Position numbers and translations under genes: made by a program. The notes beneath the pieces are model-generated. The model was not told the origin of the DNA and made no database searches. It saw only the letters and a program-made list of their open reading frames with translations. A DNA stretch of 64,000 nucleotides from positions 49,850,001 through 49,914,000 of the forward strand of contig NC_045696.1 of the NCBI RefSeq assembly GCF_009834535.1, in the 5' to 3' direction. This DNA is from Camelus ferus. Its lineage: Eukaryota. Of this stretch, positions 1 to 14,862 are shown piece after piece. Positions within the stretch are counted from its first letter, which is position 1. Each line of letters opens with the position of its first letter.

Positions 1-843
1 CCCAGGAACAGAGGGTAATGTTAGCGAGAAGGAGCATCAGAAGCCTTGTCACGGCCCAGAGGTGCTTGGACACAAAGGCCCTAGGAGCAAGCACTCCCAG
101 CCCCACAGCCGAGTCCCCCGGAGCAAGGAAAGACCCACGGTGCAGAAAGAGAGCTTAAACTCAACCCAGTAGCTCAGTGGGAGGTGAACACGTCGTAGCA
201 GGTAATTAACTCTTCATGCCCCTAACCCCCTCTGCTTCTTGACAACTATAAAAAGGTACTAGCTTGTGGCGTTTTAAAGGAACCTGGTCTGAAACTCCTG
301 TGTATTGGCCAGTTGAAGCCCTGCTTTTAGCTCCCACTTTGTTAGTGACCTACTGAGGCCTACATGGCCCCATATTATTCACCATCTGACTCTTCACCGA
401 AGTTTGCAGCCCTCTGGCCTAGAGTGAGGCATTTCCCCTGCTTTGCTCCCACACCCCTCAGCTCTAAAGGGGAACAGTGACCCTTGGTCCCATACAGGGA
501 GGGATGGAACAGGATTAATGACTTTGCAAGAAGAGCTGACTTCAATTTTCACAAGGGCTTGAGGTAACTGTGAAGGGGGGACAGGAAAGCTGTCTGAGAG
601 TAAAGTCCCCAGAGAGGCATCACTGGTTTCTTTGCTGTCGAAATTCTGGAAAATCATCTGAGCTTCTAAGGAGGAGAGAGGTAGGGCCTGTTCATGGTGG
701 GACCGTCGCCCAGGGCGAGAGCATTGTTCATAGAAGGACTGTCGTTCAGTATAAGGCCTGCCCTTCTTCCTGGTGACCCTTGATCCCCCATAGAGCCTGC
801 CTAACTGCTCATCTAGGGAAAGGTTTGGAAATGGTCAGAATGA

Positions 844-1014
<171 letters not shown>

Positions 1015-1322
1015 GGCGCTGCGCCCGCCCCACGGAGAGAGGACGGACGTTCCACGCCGCAGTCTCCGTGATCAAGAAATAGCTAGTCACCTTCCGGCCT
1101 TCTCCTCGTCCCAAAGCCTCCTGTCCCTGGTTGTTGCAAGTGCTGCGTTTCTGCCGCAAATCCACGTTGCCTACTGCCGCCACCTTCTGTTCGTTCAGAA
1201 CTATGCAAAGACTCCGCTCCCTCCTCCCGAGCCCCCTCTCCCTGAAAGCCCGCCTTTGTCTGACTATTTATTTATTTATTTATTTGCCAGAAATTTCGCT
1301 CCTCAACTTATAGAAGGCACCT

Positions 1323-1328
1323 AATAAA
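1323..1328 (+). terminator. TAGLN3 polyadenylation signal AATAAA
   Basis: Canonical hexamer ~310 nt after the stop, followed by GT/T-rich downstream sequence. Confidence 0.75.
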
Positions 1329-2109
1329 TGAATGAGTCTTGCGTCTTAAAGTGTAAAGTTTCTTCTTTGTCTTAGGGACTTTGCGGGCAGGGCTGGTCTT
1401 CATTTCATTCAGGAGGCCAGCAAGATGGAATTAAGCTTAAATGGTAGCTGTAAAAATATAGGTTAACCTTGAGGAAGGCTTGCGAGGTTGTGTGGTTTAC
1501 CTTGGCAACTGAAGTAGAAAGCGTAGGAATAGTTTTGCCCTCTCTGACAGCCGAAAGCCAAGAGTTCAAGTATGAGGTCTTTGACCCCCACATATTTTTG
1601 ATTACCTACCTTGTACCTGTTATGCTAGACTCTCTGGGGGTACAGGAATGAGCAAGATGAAGCCTCAGTTTTTTAGGAGCTCTCAAAGAGATGACCAGGA
1701 AGTGTCTGATGGAGGGGTGGTTTTGTCAACTGTGCGAGTGATTACTGGTTGAAGGAAAGAGCAGTTTTCACTTCTCTGTCAAAAATCTTCCCACACCAGA
1801 GGCCAGATCCTGGGTCTGATGCAGACATTTACACAGTTTCTTCATCAGCCAGGAGTGATAGAATGTAGATTGCTCTCTTACAGTCATTTGTAAGGTCTAA
1901 CCCCCTAAAACACTTGGACATTGCCTAAGATTGAGATCTAGTTAAGATGGGATAGGGTTTAAAGATTTTCTCATCTGTAGAAAACTTGAGAAAGCAAATA
2001 AGCCTGGGGACCACCAAGTCATCTTACACTTTCCTGCCAGTAGAAACAAGAAAAAAAAGTGACACATTTAGTAAGAAAAGAAATAAGGTCTTTTATTCAT
2101 ATAAGAATT

Positions 2110-2833
2110 TTTTATAACTTTTTTATTGAGTTATAGTCATTTTACAATGTTGTGTCAAATTCCAGTGTAGAGCACAATTTTTCAGTTATACATGAACATA
2201 CATATATTCATTGTCACATTTTCTTTTCGCTATGAGCTACCACAAGATCTTGCATATATATACTGCATTATATACAGTATAATCTTGTTTATCTATTCTA
2301 CATATGCCTGTCAGTATTTACAAATTTTGAAATCCCAATCTATCCCTTCCCACCCCCCTCCCCCTTGACAACCACAAGTTTGTATTCTATGTCTATAAGT
2401 CTGTTTCTGTTTTGTATTTATGTTCTTTTTTTAGATTCCACATATGAGCAATCTCATATGGTATTTTTCTTTCTCTTTCTGGCTTACTTCACTTAGAATG
2501 ACATTCTCCAGGAACATCCATGTTGCTGCAAATGGCATCATGTTGTCAGTTTTTATGGCTGAATAGTATTCCATTGTATACATATATCACATCTTCTTTA
2601 TCCAGTCATCTGTTGATGGACATTTAGGCTGTTTCCATGTCTTGGCTATTGTCAATAGTGCTGCTATGAACATTAGGGTGCAGGTGTCTTTTTGAAGTAG
2701 GGTTCCTTCTGGATACATGCACAGGAGTGGGATTCCTGGGTCATATGGTAAGTCTATTCCTAGTCTTTTGAGGCAACTCCATACTGTTTTCCACAGTGGC
2801 TGCACCAAACTTCATTTCCACCAGTAGTGTAGG
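2110..2833 (-). mobile_element. L1 LINE 3' end (ORF2 C-terminus + 3' UTR), 5'-truncated
   Basis: ORF 2587-2808 (VQPLWKTVW...[10 protein letters not shown]...WKQPKCPSTDDWIKKM) is the typical L1 ORF2 C-terminus. T-rich tail at ~2110-2125. Confidence 0.9.
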
Positions 2834-5800
2834 ATGAAGAATTGTTAATTAACAAGAAAAGGTAAAATAAATGAAGCTATAGACACCGCCATAGTCTAAA
2901 TGTTTGAATTGCTGGTTTTTCACACTGTGTTCTTTGCAATTCTAGGCTTTTATAGAGAGTCTTGAGGGGTTCCCACGGTGGGGTGGTCGGGTGGGTGGGT
3001 GATTGGGAGAGGGGAGGAGCCTGAATTCTGAGTCTCCACTGTGCTTCAGTGAAAAGTGTTACTGATCTTATGTATTTTATATATTAGGATTCAGCACAAG
3101 ATTATAAAAGACTTCTAATATTAAAAAAGAGCAGGAAAAAAGGATTATGCTAAAGGAAATTAGCTAGTGAGTCTTGTAAGGGACCTAATGTGTCCTCTCA
3201 GAGCCTTATTGACCCTCTGACAACCACTGGTGAGTTGTCCATTCCTGGAAGGATGTTATACGAACATGCAACTGAGTTTCCTCCTCAAACCTTACCCTGG
3301 AGTTGCCACAAAAGCAAGAGAGGAAGGTTGATGGATCCTCCCTAAAATGATATAAAACTGGGAAGAAATTCTTGGCAAGAGATAGAAGCTGGCTGGGCCC
3401 CTGTTTGGGTTTGGGATTGGGGGGCCATGGGAAACAGCTTCCATCAGTGGGGTGGGGAGGGCAGGTGTGGGAGAGAGCTTTCAGGCTATGCCTCTTCTGT
3501 TCCCCACATCACCCTGGCTCCACCGGTGCTGTGCCAGAGACACTAAGGGGCAGAAAAGCAGCTCAATCTAGGGCGGCGCAGAGCCCGGCTGGAAAAGACA
3601 AACATATTGAGTCCAACTCACTTCATGAAGCTAATTTAACCTTGATTCCAAAACCCAGTGAGGTTAAGAAAAGATTAGACTGATTTCACTTGGGACCACA
3701 GATGAAAATTCTAAACAAAATAATATCTAACCAACTCCAACAATGTATTTCAAAAATCTATCAAAATGAACCATTTTTTTCTATTGAGAAAATTCTTCTT
3801 CTTCTTCTTTTTTTTTAATGGATGGGCTCTTTGGGACCCACTCTCTTATAGAGCCAGAGATAGCCCTGAGGAAAACTTGAACCCGTGTTTCACTCCTTGC
3901 CTTTTTCTCTTCTAAAGTCATAGAGAAATCACCTATTCCAAGCCCTGAATTTTATTTATAATACTGGAGACCAAGGGAGAAATGACTCCTCTAACGTCAT
4001 TTAGTGAATTAATCTTTGGAGGGAGATTTAGATCCAATTTCCTAGGCTCCCAGAGCAGCGCTTATTTCTTTCTATGGCCTTTCTGATAATTCTCTCTCAC
4101 TAATTCTTCCTGAGGTATTACTAACTAATGTGCTAATGTCTCATTCTATTTTTTCATTTATTTATTTATTCAAAAGCTGTAATCAGCAAAAGCTGTCAAT
4201 GTGCTGAATGTAGGAAAATGACTAGAAAAATCATCCCTGTCAATCAATCAGTCAAGAGTTTACTGAGTTGCCAATACAGTTAAGGACTTGTATTATGAAC
4301 TAGGAGATACACCAAAATACAAACGTGGCTCTTAACTGAATGAATTCAGAGCCGAGCTGAACAAACAGAATAGGCTGAATGGCTCCTTGTATCATTAGTT
4401 GCTTGTTTAAGAGCCAAATGACCACAATGTTCACTCAGACCCTCTGAAGGAAGACATCTCTGGCCTGAGATGGGCAGGGAATGTTTGCTAGAGGACACTG
4501 GACTCAGGAACTTCTGCCATTATGAGACTGTACTGGCCATTTTACCACTTGTCCCAACCTGCCTGGACCCCAAGGAGTTAAAGTAATGAAGAAGAGGCTT
4601 GGATTTCAAGACAAATCCTTCCTGGGTGGACTTGAGCAAGGGCCATAGTGATGTGAGAAATCCCTGTGGTACCCATGTCTGGGAATTTTATTCCATCTTA
4701 GACCTCTGGGAGGCAGGATTAAAGGTTAAGCCTTAAAGAAAGGCATAAAGTTTGTTTGTTTTCAAGTTACTTTTCAAAAGGCCAAACTCGGTCACCATTG
4801 TTAGAGCTCACCTTGATGCGGAACATACAGAACTTTCCATGGTGATGGTTGCAGGTCCCCCACAGGACCAAGATACCCCGTCTCAGCTTCACATATCTGT
4901 TACCTCAACCCAGGAGCCAAGATCAAGGTTCCTGATGGTCACAGAAACAGAAAGGCTTGCTAACAACTAGTGACATCTGTAGGCATGCCACCAGGTCGCA
5001 CCAGGCTGCACTGTGAATGCAGGTCCTGTTTCTGATATGTCAAAGACAGAAAGATGGATTAAGAAAATGTCTGACTGCAGGCAGACAGACTAGGCCAGAG
5101 TTCTCTACTTTTGATTCCATCCCTCCCACAACAGCTGGGGCTAAAGCTGGGTCTTCCGTCAATAGAAACACGAAGCTCAGTTTTCACAAGGTCTTGTTTT
5201 TTGTTTCCAGGCATGCTGCCATTTTGGTTGACATTTACAGAAAGCTTTAATGATATAATAGATTAGAACACTATTGCTGATAGTGAATTTAATTGCCACG
5301 GCCTCAAATTAGCTAAACTGCTGATTTCATCGTAATTGAAATTGACATAATCCTGCTGACTGTGACACTTTCACTGCTATGGTAACAGCACGAAGATAAA
5401 ATTTTAAATTATAATAGTATTATTGGCAGAAAGCACATCATTCCTGCAAGTTGTTTTGTATACCTAGTTCCCTTGAGCATTTTGAAGGCTAAATTTCTCC
5501 ATTTGAACAGTCCAGCTCCTTGAATGATATAGATACAAGACCGTGTTTCACATGGGCTTGGTGATACCCTCATGTGCAGATGGTGACTAAGTTTAAGGCC
5601 GCTACATGCCCTGAGTAAGGTAAGATTCTCTGCTCCCAAGCATTGTTTAAGAACCACTTCAAATGGCAAGTGACAATGCTTGATAGTTTCTTTACCTATT
5701 TCAGCGCCATAAAATAATCTAATGGTTTAATTGGCTCTAGAGTATAGTCAAGTCCATTTATTTAAAAGAGCAGGCTCTTTTCTCTCTCAAATTATAGATC

Positions 5801-8800
5801 TACTTAGCATGCTATGATTCTTTCTAATTACAAGCAGTGGTGATTGAGGCAGAATAAACTCTAAATAATCATGCAAATCCCATGTCTCCCCAGGGACCCT
5901 ATTGCGACATTAAAACCACTGGCTAAGGGGGCCAACTGAATTGTTTTCTTCTAGGCCTCCGGTGCTTAGCTTTTCTCCATGTGATATGACATGCTGTAAA
6001 TTGTAAGAATGGGAATTTTCATGTCAAATAAGTTATTTGCCATGGTATGCACCCAACAAAGAAAAGAAACATAATTAAATATTTTCTAACATAAATTCTT
6101 TCTGGAATATATAAGTCAAAATTACCTTGTATTGCAAAAAGTAGGTATGATGTAATCCATACTAGCATCTCTGAGCAATGCTCCTTGAAGCGCATGGAGA
6201 TTCTAGATGTTGGCTTGTTGTTGTTTTATTATCTTGCTGTTGCTTTGTTAATAACACTGATCTCAACTGATGTTTAACACACTTTACTATCACCCTAGCT
6301 TCAACGTATCTGTGCATTGGGCCAGCATAATAATTATTCCCTTTTTAAATTTCAAAACATATTTCCCCCCTTGATAAAACTTTATAAAATATCCAAACAA
6401 TTCAGGGAGTGTGACACTTCAATCTCATCGTCCAGGATAACCACTGTTCACAGTGTACTGTATATCATCATAGGATATTCAAATCCATATGTAATCAGCA
6501 AAACGTTTTTCGAATGTCTCCATCTTCATTATCCCTTTGCAGGGAACTAGTTCCTCTTGGATACAACCTGTTCACCATAAAGCTTCATAGGAAGGGGAGG
6601 GCAGATACTGTCTCAAGAAACAGGAGGATGTGGCTCAGGGGGATGTCCTAACAGGACAGGAAGAGGAAGTAGTACTTCCTACATGGAAAGCTCCTCCACA
6701 TGGAAATGACTGAATAATTTGCCATTGAAAATCCATTGAATGGATGTATCACATTTCAATTAATTGATCCTTTATTGTTGAATTTTGAAACATTTCCAAG
6801 TTTCACCACTAAAATTAATGCTAAAAGAAATTCTTATAGATATATCTTTACATTAATTTCCTTAAAATAACTTCCTAGATGCTACATAACCGTTTTTGAT
6901 TAATACAGTCAAGTCAGATCCACACTGCCAGTTTACACTCACCTGTAAACGACAAGTGAGGCCATTTCTCTACACTCTCACCAGCATTATCACTTAAATG
7001 TATATTTGTGAATATTCTGGAAGACATTGTCTGCATACTCGGATGTCAATGGAACTTGATGTTCTTCCTGGGCAGCTGCAAAGGATTTTTATGATTGCTC
7101 GGTCTTTGCCCCAGATCCCAGCATTTTTCATTTCTACAAAAGAGCACAGTAAATCCATGAGCTGTTCATGCTTGTTAATGACTCTGAAGTGGACACGGTT
7201 GGCAAAGACAGAAGAGCCAACCGGAAAAAAAAAAAAATCCAAAACATGGGACCAGAACAGAAATTATTGTTTCCAGAATTTAACTTGAATGTCTGAGGCA
7301 AGAGAATTAAAGCAGAGTGTGAAATTGATTTGTCATTCAGCAAAATCAAAGTTCTGCTATGGAAACGGGCCAATTATATATTCTCAAAATAAATATGTCA
7401 ACTTTCATGGCCCTGAGCTGAGACCATAAAGCTGTTTTGAAGGGCAAGGGCCCATCTCACAATGGTTCCAATGAGCTTGGGCTGAATATGGCTCTTGCTG
7501 CCCTTTAATTAATGAAACAGATATTGAATGGCCATCTGTCAGATAAATTTAAGAATCTATTTTGGTTCCACATTCTTGGACCAATAATTCTTTGGGAGAA
7601 CATTGCCATCAGTCTTAGATGGGATAAGCTTGGCTCCCGTAGACTGCAAAATGAGAAACTCTGCTGGAGAAGAAATCCTGCTTCAGAAAACTGCAGGGAA
7701 AAACAGTGGCCTAGGGGAATTTCACTGCAAAAATATTTATTGAGTAGATACTAAAGACTGGGTGATCTATATAATTCATCTCCTCTAATGCTTATAACAA
7801 TCCTGCAAATTGAGTATTGACATAACTTTCCAGATCCAGAAAATGAGGATCAAAGAGGTCAAAGGATTGCCCAAGATCTCACAGTAAGAGAGGAAAATAG
7901 AATTTGATCTCTGAACATTATGATTCCAAAATTTTATGAAATTCAATGAATACTGCTACATCCTAAACACACTGCTAGGCTCTAAGGAATACACAGGGGA
8001 AGATGTGGTCCCTGTACTGAACTAGCACTTAATCTCTCTACAGTAGGAACTCACAGTGAAGAGCTAACCTGTTTATGATTCAGGAAAGCACAGATATGAC
8101 TGATTTTCTGCTCCCTGCTCAAAGGATAGGCTTAATTCCTTCCTGAATTCAGAGCACCCTTGTGTATACAAGTAACCAACACTTATGGTAGCTTGTTTTA
8201 CAAATGAAATTTTAACCTATGATTTTTGATCAGAATTATTTCTGCAAAACCATGCAAATTTTATGCAAATCTTTCTTTTTCTTTTGACTCTTTTAATTAG
8301 GGCCAAGATTAGGGTAAGGTGGAAGAGGTATTCTCTTGGAGCACAAAAATTAATTATGAGAAGCAGCCTAGTCTAGAATACTGTAAAAGGAATAAGAAAA
8401 GGCAAACTAGGTCTTTAGCAATGCCGTGTTCATTAATTCATAGTAATTAATATATTTTATTAATTAATATTTAATATATTAGCCAAGACTTACTGAGCAC
8501 CTGCTGTACGTCAGGCCCCGTGCCACCCTCAGGGTGTTCGTAAGGAACAGAGACTCAGCTGATGTGGGTTTATCACAAGGATAGTCGGGAAGCAGAGCCC
8601 CTTCCCTGAGCAGCCCTGCCTCGCGGCTCTGAATGACTGTGGACAATAATCACTCTCCCAGTCTGATGCCAGCCCAGTGGATAGACTGCATCCATCACTG
8701 GTTTGCTAAAACACTAAGGCATTTTATCAGTGAGGCTGAAAAGTCCGTATCTTGAGAAGAGGATTTGGCAGCTGTGGGTAACTGTCAGTTGACGCTATCA

Positions 8801-11800
8801 AGGACTTCTAGTGACATTCAACTTGCAAAAGAAGTGCAAAAATACCATTTAAGATAAAAAAACTTTCCGGCCCATTGAAGCAAACTGATGCACTGACTGA
8901 TCACTTAGCAGAGACATCCACCCTTATGCCCTTTATGCTTGACAAGAAAGTGAGAGAATGGCCACAATTGCCTCAATAAGTCAGAAGCACTTAGCTTGTT
9001 GGGAAAGGTGATAAAATCCCCCTGGAGGCTCCTGCATCCTGGTGCGAGGCCCATGAATGTCCTCAGCCACATTGTAGAATTCTCAGATGAGATCAGAAAC
9101 CATGTGATGGGCAGGAGACATCCTGGCAAATAAACACGTATCTCAGATACCCTGAGGTTTTCGGCAGGTCAGCTTAATCAAAGAGCAATACCAGTGAAAA
9201 GGAATAAAGTATTAAAAAAAATAATTTAGTAGCCGATGCTACAGAAACCACACACAGACCTTGTACGTGCTGGCTGGAACAAAACCTGAACCTAAAGTTT
9301 GTACTTGAAAAAAAAGGAAAAACCCCCTTATTCGACACTAAATAATTGCCCACAATTAGGGTAGAAAATGCTGGAGAGCCAAGATCTTGTTTTTAAGAGA
9401 AGGGGTCTAATTCAATTCAGAAATATTCTCTCTTGAGGGTGAGGGGGTGGAGAGGGTAGGATTTTGTTTTACCACATCACTGATGTTTTAATTTGGATTT
9501 TAGCTGTGCTCCCAAGCGTCTGATCTTTTACAGAAATGATCAGAACATATAACAAAGGATTTCTCATTCGCCATTTGTAGATTTCATCAAGGCTATTGGG
9601 ATCTTATTGTGAGCAATTTAGGATAATGAGCAAATAGCTGAACAGTATTTATTTCAGATTCCAGAGTATGTGCATAGCCTCTGGGGAAGTTGGAATGACC
9701 AGGGGCTAAACTCCAAAGGAGCTTAGAGCATCGAGCAGTGTGAGAGATGAAATTGGTGAAGAAGCCAGTTCTGCAGAGAGCTGTGTAGGACTTGATTCTG
9801 CTAAGAAGGGGATGTTCCCCAGGCCGACTTTGGCCTTGGAACACACATTCAAACTGATTTAATTGCTCCTGTCCCTCTGTTTTCCTCTCCTCTTGTTTTT
9901 ATTCCTCCTTCTCTTCCCTGCCTCCCTATGCCACATTCATTTTTGATTCATCTGTTTTATTTCATTCTTTCTAATGGTTCTCGTTTTTCATCATCTGTCA
10001 TTTCCCCAATCCTATACTTTGCATCTGATTAATCTCATTTTAAAGTTGGTTTTTCCAAAGTATTCTTTTGTATTCTAGTGACCTTTGCATAATTTCCAAA
10101 ATCAATACTTTTTAGTGCTGCAGTTCATTCCCTCATCAAACTCTGAGCTGAAGCTTTGCCAGCTCAGCACGTTCATAGCTTCTGGAGGGTTCTGCCCACC
10201 ATCTGGACCAATCCAACCCCCTAGGGTCTGTCTGGTAGAGATGTGTTGTAGAATGACTTCTGGACTAGTTTACCCAAGCGCTCCTTAGCCCAACCACATG
10301 TTTTGTTTTGTTCGTACTGAATTTGAACATTCTTTACATCAGGCACCTGAAAAGGAAAAAGAGGTCTTTTTAATGTGTCCATTGAACCAAAAAGAAAAGA
10401 GGCATTAGCCATCCAGCCCCTTATTCTCCCGTTACTGGCCCAATGCAGGACAATCTCGTCTGAGCATTCATCTCTTGCTGTTGATGTGGCTGCTCTTGGA
10501 TTATGTACTAACAGCTCCTCCTGGACCATGACTCAGTCATAGGGCTCTATCCTTCACCCTCCTCACCGTGGAGGGAAAAGGAGTCAGAAGAGCATGGCGA
10601 GGTTTCAAGATAACATCTAGATAATATGGTTAGAATGCCACCGGCAGCAGCCCCAGACTATGCGCAGGCTGTGGAATTTTTGCAATGCCGTCCAGGAAAG
10701 GCAAGTTCACTCTGTTGAGAATGACGAGCCTCCAATGGTCTCCCTATTCCTACCGATCTCCAGGATGTTATGGGCTTGTGTCATTCCAAAAGAGAAGGTG
10801 AAGTCCTACCTCCCACAATCTCAGGACATGACTTTACTTGCAAATAAGGATGTTGCAGATTTAATAGGTTAATAGGTGATCAAGGAGCTTGGAGACAGAA
10901 TATACAGATGACAAGCTAAATAACCAACAAGAGAACATGAGACAGGCCACAAGATAGTGTTTGATAGATTATTATAACATTATTTAAGTGTCAAGTACTG
11001 ATATGAACAGTAAAGATTTTGAGTTGCAGGAAGAAAGGAGTGCCGTGGGCTTGGGTGGAAATGCTGGCAAGAGAGCTACAAGTAGGGTGTTGAAAGGGGT
11101 TAGGATTTGAATAATGTGTTGTGGACTGGGGCACAAATTTAGAAGAAAGGGCTGCTTATAGCAGCCTCTGTGATTCCATGGCATTTTGTTGACACCTTCT
11201 TGATAGCACTTATTACATAATGTAGTCAGTGGTTCGCCTGTCTGCCCCGACTCTTGAGAGCTTTTTAAGAGCAGTGGTATATTTTATTCATTAAAAAAAT
11301 ATTGGCACCTGTCACATAGTAGGCATGAAATAACTGTTGAGTAAACAGATGGGTGGGTGGATAAATGGATGGCTAAAGATTGAAACCACATGATTTGACA
11401 GAGCAGATTTAGCAGATGTGATGGGAGGACACAAAAAGGTAGCCTGGTGGCACACGGAGGAAGACCTTGAAGGTCAGGCTAAGGGGACAGAACCAAAGGA
11501 GACCGGGCTGCCATTGCTAAGGATGGAGGTGCCATTAGAGAGTTGTTTTAGGAAGATTTATTTAGCAGTGATGTGCACATGTGAGGGATAAGCCTGGAGG
11601 AGGAACACCTGTGAAGGGAATATTGCAACAGTCTAGATCTAGGGGTTCTCTAAGATGCTCCACGTCATTTCATTTTTCAAAAAGATCCATGTGATGTGAT
11701 GCAAAGGATTAGGATCAGGCTCCCTGTGAGTCAGCAGGAAAAGAGAGGCTAGGATCACTGTCATGTCATTTTATTACAGGACAAAGGGCAATAGTGTTAA

Positions 11801-13500
11801 ACAGCTGGCTGGCTTCCCAGGCTCCTGCGCAACCTGGTGTTTCCTCAGGATCCACTTCCCGCTGCAGAGACTGCTCAGCGGTGAGTGGTGATCAGATGGC
11901 GACTTTGTACGTGGCCATTTGTCATAACAGAGAAAAGTGGATCCTAAGTAGCAGAAATGAACTTCATCTGTGGCGGGAGTGCTGGCCTCTCCTCCAGCTA
12001 GGCAAGGACAGAAGTGTCACCCCTACTCCCAAGTGCCTTCTATGCCAGGGGCTCAGAACCTTGCTCATGTGAGGTGGATGACTTGGCCCTTCCTCCAGGC
12101 CTTCAGATGTGCTGGGCTCACCTTTGGGACAGAAGGTTGAAGCATCTTAAATGTTTTCATGTGATGTATTGGTATATTGGGTAAGTTATGTGCTCCTAAC
12201 CATCACTTCAGACTCCAATGGGGAGATGTTTTGCCTCTGATCCAGGTCACCACACACCATCCACTCAGTGGGTAGACACCTGCCCCCCTTCCCTCAGCAC
12301 AGGGGCCTTTGTTCCTCAGAAAGGAACAGAAACCTCTTCACTGTCTTTCAAGCTGTTTGTAACTGGAAGCACCAGACTACACCTGGCCATTGTGATTGTC
12401 TTTGGCCATGTGTTCTGGAATTCAAAGGATTTTGCCCCAGAACTTTCACACCAGTAAAAGCAAAAGGAGATGACTGCAAACTCATTCACCAAGCCTTTAT
12501 CTTGTTCCCCCACTTCCTTTGCTATTGCCTCTCAAAACCAGAGGCTTATCTGGAGTTTTGACTTCTGGAGATGATCATTTTCCCTCCACATTTTATCAAG
12601 AAAAATGTCAAACATATAGCTGAAGAATTCTATAGTGTAAATGCATATACCCACATCCAGATTCCACCATTAATATTTGCTATACTTGATTTATCCGTAT
12701 CTACCCATCTGGAGGGAGTCACTTTTTAACAACACTTGTCTTGACACAATGAACACATTTTCAGTAATAATCATGAAACAAAATGAATAACGACAATGTC
12801 TAGAAAAAATACAGTGAAAAATTTTATTCAATTTTGTATGTATAATTATACAAGCAAAAATAAATTCAACAGAATAAGTGTTGCATACAAAATATTGTAC
12901 ATTGCAGTTCACACTCTGTATAGTTATTTTAAATATAAATAAATCCCAAATGGCCACGTGGAGTAACAGGAATGAAATAACTGCAGTTCTGTTTCTTCAT
13001 CTGTACAACCATTGTGCTGTTATTGCTTCTGCTGTCTCTCTTGTTTAAGTGCAAGAGTATTTGTCCCACAGGGGTTCTTGAAGAAAGATTCTATCCCCCC
13101 AGATAAGCTCAGATGATTCCAAACTGTGAGAAATGTGCTCTCAAAATGAGCTTGTGTCCCAGGGTCCTCTCGTGTGTGAGACGAGACCAACTCTACCAAC
13201 AGGAGTTCTTCTAGCTAACTTCTACATAACATTCCTTATGTATTAAATGATGAGTAATTAAAATGTGCTCATTTGAAGCTTATGTAGATATTATTAAAAC
13301 TCGGTTGTAGGCAGCAATTGTCTGAACTTACACCAAAGTTGTTTTTTTTTTCAGAGAGGAGTATTTTATCACCTACATAATTTTAAATTACTGGCCAATG
13401 ATGATAATAAAATAGTAGACTGTGGTTGGTTTTATGATTACTTTTAAATTCTGTGCACACAGTGCAGCCTCCTGTGATTTGCTGTTCCCACCATTCTTGG

Positions 13501-13924
13501 TGTCAAAGAGAAACAGAGACACACACTAGTGAAAGGCTGGAAAGACAGATTTTACTCAGGACTTGTGTAATAGGGGAAAGAGATTCAGAATAGAAATTTG
13601 CTAATTCCAAATACAGTAAAGACAGCTGGTGATTTATGGCAGACAAGCAGAGTGATGGGGCCAATAGATGGAAAATTACTAAGAAAAAATATAAAGTATT
13701 TTTTATATACAGGGGGATTTGCTAAAGGCAGGCCAAGGATTTGCACATCAAAAGTAGAGGATGAGGAACTTGCCCAGATATCAGGGTGGGGGGATCGATC
13801 CTCTCTAACCTGACGGCAGGGTTCTTACTGCAGCTGGGTAGGCAGCTGACGTCAGGGCCCAAGGATGAGACCTGATGGTAAAGCGGGCTCAGAGGAGCCT
13901 GTGTGAAGTTTGATGTCTTTGTCA
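13501..13924. mobile_element. Solo ERV LTR-like element
   Basis: TGTCAAAGAG start, TTTGTCA end, LTR-like internal sequence. Family not assigned. Confidence 0.55.
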
Positions 13925-14644
13925 GTGCAAAGTGCCCAGGACATACATTTTACTCATACTGGCAAAATGAGTAGTTCTAGAAATAAGGGAAATAATACAG
14001 AAAGGATGGGCAACTAAAAAAGACTTCATCTTTAAGTTTCCCAATCTTGTCATTAGAAAGTCTAAAGCATTATTAGTCATTTTTATTAGTATTATTAATA
14101 AATAACAAAGCCAGGAAGTGAATCTATACAACATGACACAACATGACACCTTCCACGTCTTTCAGCAGACAGGTTCTCCCTTGCTTCCTGATGACTGGCC
14201 CTTGCATGGCATGGAGTTTGTGTCGGGGTCAGCAGAGCAGCGTTTCTCCATTAAAGTGCAATTGATCAGCTTTCCACGGATGCCCAGTGCCCAGAGGGAA
14301 GCCCGGCTGTGTCACAGGGACAAGAAGTGCAGTGTGTGGGCCTTTCCCACCCCTGTCTGCTGAGGAAGGTCCTGACAGCAACCCCTCACGGTTACTCTCC
14401 TCTTCCTGCCCTTGAACCTAACGCAGGTTGACACAGGAAGAGCAGGAGAGATGGGAACAGGGGACTTTCATCAGAAGGGGCCTGGGTTACTGAGGACTGC
14501 AAGAGGAGGCAGAGAAAAAAGGGGGGAAAAAACCTATTGGAGACAGATTTTCACAGAGTGTAGCTGGAAAGTTGAGAGCAGAACTGGAGAGTGAAGCTTC
14601 TGGAACAGGCAGGAGATGTGAGCAAGAGAAATGGGGGCGTGGGC

Positions 14645-14862
14645 ATTACTATATATAAAATAGATAAATAATAAGCACATACTGTGTAGCGCAGGGAACT
14701 ATTTTCAATTTCTTGTAATGAGCCATAATGGAAAAGAATCTGAAAAAAATATATGTATACATAGGTATGTATATATATAACTGAGTCGCTTTGCTGTATA
14801 CCTGAAACTAACATTGTAAATACACTATGTCAATAAAACATAAGAATTGAAAAAAAAAAAAA
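14645..14862 (+). mobile_element. L1 3' UTR fragment with poly(A) tail and degenerate TSD
   Basis: Cetartiodactyl-type L1 3' end (GCAGGGAACTAT...CTTTGCTGTATACCTGAAACTAAC), AATAAA, A-run. Flanks AGAAATGGGGGCGTGG / AGAAACGGGGATGTGG. Confidence 0.85.
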
